From Candidatus Lustribacter sp. (GTDB lineage Bacteria > Vulcanimicrobiota > Vulcanimicrobiia > Vulcanimicrobiales > Vulcanimicrobiaceae), in contig OZ255842.1 of assembly GCA_965277805.1 (NCBI GenBank), positions 3,328,001-3,392,000 of the forward strand: DNA of 64,000 nucleotides, given 5' to 3'. This document shows, piece by piece, positions 58,300 through 64,000 of this stretch. Position 1 is the first letter of the stretch. Each line of letters begins with the position of its first letter. The notes beneath the pieces were generated by a model that did no database searches, was not told where the DNA came from, and worked only from the letters and a program-made list of their open reading frames with translations. A program made the position numbers and the translations under genes.

Positions 58300-59184
58300 C
58301 TACGCCGGCGCAGGCGCCGTCCAGATCGTGCCGTCGGCAAAGCGAATGGCATCGACGCCGGCGGTGATCCGTGCGACGTACTGCGCCGCATCACCCCAAC
58401 CGAGCCACACCGAACCGCCGTTCATCACCACGCCGCGAAAGGTGATGCGCGTGGATGTATTGAGCGTCGAAATCGCGCCGTGCGGATACGCGCCGCGCAC
58501 GAGCGCGGTCTGGTGCTGGATCGGGTTGCCGTCGCGATCGTAGAACGTGTAGGCGAATTGGATCGCGTCGATGCGCTTCTCGTTGTCATTGGCAAACGAC
58601 AGCGCCGTGTCCACGCGATCGTAGAGGCTGTTGGCGCGCTGCGAGACGATGCGCAAGATGCGAATGTGCGCGGCATCGGTGCTCGGATCGTGCGTCGTTT
58701 GCGGCGGTAGCGCGGACGTCTCGCGCGTCTTGCCCTGCCACTTCGATCCGTCGGCGAACGTCGCGTCGTCGACCGAAACCAGGATGTGCGCGATCGGCTC
58801 GTAGAGATTCGTGTCCTGATCGCCCGCGTAGAGCACCGATCCCGATGCGTAGCTCGGAAAGTGCGCGCTCGCGGCGCGATCGTGGACGATCGCAACCTGC
58901 GGCGCGAAACGCCCGCGGGTCGAGGTGTGCTCTTCGCCGATTGCGGCGCCGTTGCCGTCGATGAGCAGATAAGTGAATTCGATCGACGTTGCCGCTGCGG
59001 CCGCGTGATTTTCGAAGGTGAGTCCGGCATCCGCCGTGCTGCTCAGGATCTCGATCGGCGACGCGCCGCTCGCGGGACCCGACGTCTCGTCCGTCCCCGC
59101 CGGCGCCGGCGCGGTGGTGAGCGCAGCACATGCCGCCAGAGCAACCAAGAGAGCGGCTAGTCGGCGAACGCCCATGCACGGCAT
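58300..59184 (-). CDS. Secreted protein with two tandem homologous beta domains
   Basis: LTFEN...IEFTY..IDGNG...RG.F...VDDATFADGSKW versus LSFAN...IQFAY..YDRDG...RG.Y...VDAIRFADGTIW. Confidence 0.75.
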   Translation of the reverse strand: MPCMGVRRLAALLVALAACAALTTAPAPAGTDETSGPASGASPIEILSSTADAGLTFENHAAAAATSIEFTYLLIDGNGAAIGEEHTSTRGRFAPQVAIVHDRAASAHFPSYASGSVLYAGDQDTNLYEPIAHILVSVDDATFADGSKWQGKTRETSALPPQTTHDPSTDAAHIRILRIVSQRANSLYDRVDTALSFANDNEKRIDAIQFAYTFYDRDGNPIQHQTALVRGAYPHGAISTLNTSTRITFRGVVMNGGSVWLGWGDAAQYVARITAGVDAIRFADGTIWTAPAPA

Positions 59185-59199
59185 GGGCAGCCTATACCC

Positions 59200-60156
59200 T
59201 TATAAGCGCCCCATGGCGGAGGGCGCGAGGATCTCTTTCGCGTCGAAGCCTTTGTCGATGACCTTGTACTTCGCTTGAAGGTCGATGACGGGTTGGAAAT
59301 CGGCCGGGTCGAGATGATCGCCGAACGGCGCCCGCGCCGCGTGTTCGAGCACGGCTTGATCGACGCCCGAATACGCCGCCAGCAACGGCAGCATCTCTTG
59401 CGGATGCGCGTTCGCATAGCGCGACGCTTCGGCCATCGCCTGCGCGAAGCGGTGCACGACGTCCGGGTTTTTGGCAGCGTACGACGCCAAGCCCCACCAC
59501 GGCGCGATCATGAACTTCTGGGCCACCGCATCGTAGGGCTTACCGAACAAACGCACTTTGCCCGTTTCGAGCGCGACGGTGGCGTTGGGGCTCTGCAACG
59601 TCATCGCATCGATGCGGCCCGCATCCAACGCCGCGACCATCGCCGTCTGCGGAATCTCCAGCACCTTAATGCTCGACCAATCGCCGCCGTGCTGTTCGAT
59701 CCAGGCCTGCGTTGCGGTCGCGTTGAGATCGCCGCGGGCGATCGCGAGTCCGAACGTCTTGCCATTGAGGTCGGCCGCCGTTTTGAACGGCGCGTTCTTG
59801 CCGACCAGGATCATGCCGTACGGAACCGTCTCGGAGGCGTTGAACACCGGGCCCGCTGCGAACATCTGCATCGGAATGCCGTGGGCGTAGGCGGTCACGA
59901 CCGAAAACGCGCTGCCGCTGCCGATGTCGGCCGAACCGCCCACAACGGCGGCCACGATCGCGGCGCCGCTGTTCATCTGCGCGTGCACGACGTCCAAGCC
60001 GTACTTGCGAAAGAGCCCGACCTTCTCGGCGTAGACGGCCGGGCCCGGTGCGGTTCCGGCGGTCGAGACGAGCGTCACCTTCGTGAGCGCTTGTGCGCCG
60101 GCGCGACGCGGTAGCGCCAGCGCCGAGAGCGCAAGCAACGCGGACGAACGCTTCAT
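59200..60156 (-). CDS. ABC transporter substrate-binding protein (NMT1/SsuA/TauA-like)
   Basis: GLFRKYGLDV, SGAAIVAAVVGGSADIG, DLNGKT, ALDAGRIDA, YANAHP. Confidence 0.88.
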   Translation of the reverse strand: MKRSSALLALSALALPRRAGAQALTKVTLVSTAGTAPGPAVYAEKVGLFRKYGLDVVHAQMNSGAAIVAAVVGGSADIGSGSAFSVVTAYAHGIPMQMFAAGPVFNASETVPYGMILVGKNAPFKTAADLNGKTFGLAIARGDLNATATQAWIEQHGGDWSSIKVLEIPQTAMVAALDAGRIDAMTLQSPNATVALETGKVRLFGKPYDAVAQKFMIAPWWGLASYAAKNPDVVHRFAQAMAEASRYANAHPQEMLPLLAAYSGVDQAVLEHAARAPFGDHLDPADFQPVIDLQAKYKVIDKGFDAKEILAPSAMGRL

Positions 60157-60158
60157 CG

Positions 60159-60620
60159 TCAAGCGGTGAAGAACTGTCCGGGTAGCGGGATCATCTCGAC
60201 TTGCTTGTTCTCGGCAGACTTGCCGTCGAACGGCCGGCCGTCGGGAAACGCGCGGCCGTCGCGGGGCCACTGTTCGGCCGCGCCGCTGCGCAGCATCACG
60301 AGATTTTCCGGCGCGCTGCTGACGAACCAGTAGCACACCTCGCGCGGAATCATCACGCCCTCGTATTTGGTGAGCACCTTGACGGTGTCTTCCGTGCCGA
60401 TGTGAAACGTCGCTTCGCCCTGCAACACGATGAACGAGTGATCCTCGTATTTGTGCATGTGCAGCGCGTTCTCACCGCCAGACGCGTAGACTTTCACGGT
60501 CAGCTTGAGCAGATCGGTCTTGGCTACGTGGTTGTCGAACCGGCCCTGCGCGAGCAGCGGGGAATCGAGATTGAAGAATTGCGCCTGGGGCGTGGTTTTG
60601 ACGTCGGTCTCAACGGACAT
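60159..60620 (-). CDS. Cupin domain protein
   Basis: GENALHMHKYEDHSFIVLQGEATF, GVMIPR; GAGGAG RBS. Confidence 0.88.
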   Translation of the reverse strand: MSVETDVKTTPQAQFFNLDSPLLAQGRFDNHVAKTDLLKLTVKVYASGGENALHMHKYEDHSFIVLQGEATFHIGTEDTVKVLTKYEGVMIPREVCYWFVSSAPENLVMLRSGAAEQWPRDGRAFPDGRPFDGKSAENKQVEMIPLPGQFFTA

Positions 60621-61740
60621 ATGCGTTCTCCTCGAGTCGGTCGGCCAGTCCGTAGAGACGGATGGCATTGTCGCGAATAAGTTTGTTCTGGAGGTCCTTC
60701 GGCAGGTTGCCGATGTGATGGATCACGTTCTCGCGCGAGTGCGGGAACGTCATGTTCGGGTGCGGGTAGTCGTTGGACCACATCAAGTTGTCATGGCCCC
60801 ACCACGAGAACTGGCGCGTACCCGAGAAGTCCTCGAGCCACGTGCAGTAGACGTGTTCGTTGAAGATCTCACTCGGCAGGCGCGTAATGCCGAGGTCTTC
60901 CTTGGCGCGGAAGCGCTCGAAATAGTAGTCCCATTGCTGCAGCACGAACGGCAGCCAGCCGCATTCGCTCTCGGCCAGGACCACGCGCAGCTTCGGGTGC
61001 CGGTCGAACACGCCCGAGAAGATGAGGTCGAAGAGCGCGTTGATGGTATCGTTCTGTTTCTTGTTGACCGCGCCGCGGATTTTCTCCGAACCCTTGAGGC
61101 TCTTCATCGTACGCGCGTACGAGTGACCGGTGAGGATGTGCATGTGCACCGGAGCGCCGGCCTCGGCTGCCGCTGCCCAGAGCGGTTCGTAATGACGCGA
61201 CGTAAACGGCAGCGCCGCATCCGGCACTTGCCAGATCATTGCGCCGGTGAGGCCCAGATCGAGGCCGCGGTGCAATTCTTTGACGGCCGCGTCCATGTCG
61301 TACGACGCGATGCACGTCACGCCGAAGAAATGCTTCGGCGCGGTCCGGCAAAATTCGGCCAGCCAGTCGTTGTACACCGCGAACGCGGCTTGCTGCGTTG
61401 CACCGTCGTCGAGTCCGAAGATCGCCATGCCGTCGTTCGGAAAGAGAATTTCGGCTTCGACGCCGTCGCGCTGCTGGTCGGCGAGTCGCGCCAGCGGATC
61501 GCCCGATCCGGCGGGCTGGTTCGTGGTTTTGAAGCCGACGAGGCCGACCAATTCCAAAACCGGCGCGCGGAACGGATCCGGTATCCGCTGCCACAAGTCG
61601 CTCGGCTCCATGACGTGCGAATCGGTCGAGATCAAGAGCGGCAGCGCGTTCATCGCGGCACGATCCGCAGCGCTCAGTTCGCCGAGCGCGGCCAGCGTAC
61701 GGGCTTCGGTCGCGTCGGTCTCGGGATGCATCATGTTCAT
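60610..61740 (-). CDS. Amidohydrolase family 2 (ACMSD/LigJ-like decarboxylase/hydrolase)
   Basis: ISTDSHVMEP, YNDWLAEFC, VHMHILTG, GVFDRHPKL, WSNDYPH. Confidence 0.92.
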   Translation of the reverse strand: MNMMHPETDATEARTLAALGELSAADRAAMNALPLLISTDSHVMEPSDLWQRIPDPFRAPVLELVGLVGFKTTNQPAGSGDPLARLADQQRDGVEAEILFPNDGMAIFGLDDGATQQAAFAVYNDWLAEFCRTAPKHFFGVTCIASYDMDAAVKELHRGLDLGLTGAMIWQVPDAALPFTSRHYEPLWAAAAEAGAPVHMHILTGHSYARTMKSLKGSEKIRGAVNKKQNDTINALFDLIFSGVFDRHPKLRVVLAESECGWLPFVLQQWDYYFERFRAKEDLGITRLPSEIFNEHVYCTWLEDFSGTRQFSWWGHDNLMWSNDYPHPNMTFPHSRENVIHHIGNLPKDLQNKLIRDNAIRLYGLADRLEENAYVR

Positions 61741-61810
61741 CGTTTAGCGCCCATCCTCTCACCCGTTATCGCACAAGGGACCTGAAATCTCCCGCGAAAG
61801 GACGCGCTTC

Positions 61811-62785
61811 ATGCCGCTTCGCCGCAGTGACTTCGCCAAACTCGCCGGAATCGCCGCACTGACGGGCCTCGCCGGCGGGCCCCAGACGGCGGCGGCGCAA
61901 GACCTTCGCACCGTGCGCATGCTCTCCGTCCCTTCCGACGGATCGAAGGCGCTGCTTTACGCGCAGCAAGCGGGACTCTTCCGCAAGCACGGCATCCAAG
62001 CCGACGTCCAGCCGCTGGGCAGCGGCGCGGCCATCTTCGCAGCGCTGCTGGGCGGCTCGGCCGAGTTCGGCGCCGGCAGTCTCTTTCCGGTCTTCAGCGC
62101 GTACAACCACAACGTGCCGCTGCGCATCATCGCGCCGATTTCGCTATATGAGAGCGCGCAGCCCGACTCGGTGCTGCTCGTGCATAAAGACTCGCCGATC
62201 CGCTCGCCGCGCGATCTGAGCGGCAAGAGCATGGGCGGCAACACGTCGACCGACATCTACGTTGCCGCAACGCGCGCATGGGTCGATCAAAACGGCGGCG
62301 ACGGCAAGTCGATCCGCGCGATCGAGCTGCAGCCCGCCGAGCAACTCGCCGCGCTCGAGGCCGGCCGCATCGATGCCTGCGTGCTGAAAGCCCCGCTCTT
62401 CACCGTCGGCCTCGACTCGGGCAAACTTCGGATGCTGGGCAAGCCGCTGGATGCGATCGGACCGCGCTTTCTGCTTTCGGCCTGGGTTGCGACCGTCGAC
62501 TACATCGCAAAGAATCCCGATATCGTCAATGCCTTCGTCGCGGCCTGCGGCGAGGCCGCGCGCTACACGAACGCGCACCCGCTCGAAACGATCAACTTGG
62601 TCGCAACGTTTTCCGGACTCGATCCGGCGCTGCTGCAGCACAGCGTGCGCTCGATCACGGCCGATGCGATCACGCCGGCCGACGTGCAGCGGCCGCTCGA
62701 TTTCGCCTACAAGTACGGGATCATCGACAAACCGTTCGATGCGAGCGCGGTGCTCGCCGCCAGCGTTCCGATTTCGCGGCGTTAG
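61811..62785 (+). CDS. ABC transporter substrate-binding protein (NMT1/SsuA-like), Tat-like leader
   Basis: LRRSDF leader; GLFRKHG, SGAAIFAALLGGS, ALEAGRIDA, YTNAHP. Confidence 0.88.
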   Translation: MPLRRSDFAKLAGIAALTGLAGGPQTAAAQDLRTVRMLSVPSDGSKALLYAQQAGLFRKHGIQADVQPLGSGAAIFAALLGGSAEFGAGSLFPVFSAYNHNVPLRIIAPISLYESAQPDSVLLVHKDSPIRSPRDLSGKSMGGNTSTDIYVAATRAWVDQNGGDGKSIRAIELQPAEQLAALEAGRIDACVLKAPLFTVGLDSGKLRMLGKPLDAIGPRFLLSAWVATVDYIAKNPDIVNAFVAACGEAARYTNAHPLETINLVATFSGLDPALLQHSVRSITADAITPADVQRPLDFAYKYGIIDKPFDASAVLAASVPISRR

Positions 62786-62788
62786 GGC

Positions 62789-64000
62789 ATGTGGCACGAG
62801 GAAACGGACGTCGTCGTCGTCGGTGCCGGCGCGATGGGGCTTCCGGCGGCGATCGCTGCGCGCGAGGCCGGCGCGTCGGTAATCGTCGTTGAGGCCGAGG
62901 CCGACATCGGCGGCCACGCCATGGTCAGCGGCGGCAACGTTCCGCTCGGCGGCGGCACGAGCGCGCAAAAGAAATACGGGATCGAGGACACGCCGGATCT
63001 CCTGTTCCAGGATCTGACCGATTGGTCGATCGTCGAGCCCAACGGGCATCCCGATTACCGCTACAACGATCGCGAGATCGTGCGGGCCTTCGCCGATGCC
63101 AACGTCATGACGTTCGATTGGCTCGTCGGCCACGGCGTCGTCTTCGTCGATAAGGAGCCCGACACGCGCGGCGGCAACGCGATCGGCAACTCCGCGCCTC
63201 GCGAGATGCACGCCGCCGCAATGGATTGGCCGTTGGCGCAAACGGGCCGGCCGGCCGCCGCCGATGTCGCCGCCACCCTCTCGACCGGCAACGGTCTGAT
63301 GCGTCCGCTCGAAGTTGCCGCGCGCAAGGCGGGCGTGCAAATCTTGCTCGAACACCGCATGACGGCGATCCAACGCGAAGCGCCGCTCGCCGGCCGCGTG
63401 CTCGGGATCACCGTTACACACGCCGGCGAGACGCGCAACATCCGGGCACGCAAAGGCGTGATCGTCGCAACGGGCGGCTCGCAGGGCAACATCGAGTTCC
63501 GGCGCATGTTCGATCCGCGTCTGACCGAAGAGTACTGCGGCCTTGCCGGGATGCCGTGGTCGGATCAAGACGCGAGCGGCGAGCTGGCCGCCATGGCGGT
63601 CGGCGCGTCGCTCTGGGGGCTCGCGAATCAGGTCGGCGAATTCGGCTGGCCGATCACGAAACCCGGACTCATCGGCTGCCAGTACAACTACGTCAACCTC
63701 CAGTGGATGCCCGGCAGCCCGGTCTTTCACAAAGCGCGCGCGTCGGGTCTGCGCGTGAAGGACTGGCACGACGTCATCCTCGTGAACATGCTCGGCCGGC
63801 GCTTTTACGATGAGACGGGGCCGCACTTTTCCGCCAACAACTACGGCTCGGTCGATCCATACGAGCCGCTCAGCTACCGCAACGCACAGAACGTGCGCTA
63901 TGCACCCAACAACTGGCTGAACGCGGCGCTGGCGGGCATCGGCGAAACTCGCAACGGCGGCGGGCCGATCTGGGCGATTTTCGATGCGGCCGCGGTCGAA
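62789..64000 (+). CDS. FAD-dependent oxidoreductase (fumarate reductase / 3-ketosteroid dehydrogenase / TcuA family), partial
   Basis: Hand translation MWHEETDVVVVGAGAMGLPAAIAAREAGASVIVVE...GGHAMVSGG, KGVIVATGG, ILVNMLGRRFYDE; open to the window end. Confidence 0.9.
   Translation, partial: MWHEETDVVVVGAGAMGLPAAIAAREAGASVIVVEAEADIGGHAMVSGGNVPLGGGTSAQKKYGIEDTPDLLFQDLTDWSIVEPNGHPDYRYNDREIVRAFADANVMTFDWLVGHGVVFVDKEPDTRGGNAIGNSAPREMHAAAMDWPLAQTGRPAAADVAATLSTGNGLMRPLEVAARKAGVQILLEHRMTAIQREAPLAGRVLGITVTHAGETRNIRARKGVIVATGGSQGNIEFRRMFDPRLTEEYCGLAGMPWSDQDASGELAAMAVGASLWGLANQVGEFGWPITKPGLIGCQYNYVNLQWMPGSPVFHKARASGLRVKDWHDVILVNMLGRRFYDETGPHFSANNYGSVDPYEPLSYRNAQNVRYAPNNWLNAALAGIGETRNGGGPIWAIFDAAAVE

Noticed and set aside
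1-64000. CRISPR arrays, tRNA/rRNA, IS elements, integrases, phage or defence genes
   Set aside because: No regular repeat-spacer pattern, RNA gene signature or transposase/integrase motif was recognised by eye, including at the duplication boundaries.

Overview
High-GC bacterial DNA. Gene style is reminiscent of Eremiobacterota/Vulcanimicrobiota; this is an inference, as no marker gene is present. About 1.9-54.7 kb is a large Wzx/Wzy-type exopolysaccharide and surface-glycan locus. It contains a priming transferase, two flippases, a Wzy/O-antigen-ligase-family protein, Wza-Wzc-Wza, many GT2/GT4 and GT-C enzymes, two acyltransferases, an SGNH hydrolase, and a CDP-sugar C-methylation cassette with a putative Fe/2OG dioxygenase. 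A hybrid histidine kinase and LuxR/NarL regulators lie at its left end. Five observations stand out. (1) A single-module NRPS (C-A-PCP-TE with a Cys nucleophile) and its PPTase sit inside the glycan locus, suggesting thiotemplated aminoacylation of a polysaccharide. (2) A recurrent DosR-like 14-bp box (GGGAC-N4-GTCCC) lies upstream of about 11 transcription units, and the local NarL regulator has a DosR-like recognition helix. (3) There are two paralogous, uncharacterised, Cys-rich secreted proteins. (4) There are three WxCGC...CxxH microproteins. (5) A segmental duplication of at least 6.5 kb has decayed reciprocally in its two copies. The right end holds secreted proteins and a catabolic cluster (solute-binding proteins, cupin, amidohydrolase, FAD oxidoreductase). 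No rRNA, tRNA, CRISPR or IS element was recognised. All calls are by-eye motif recognition; no searches were run.
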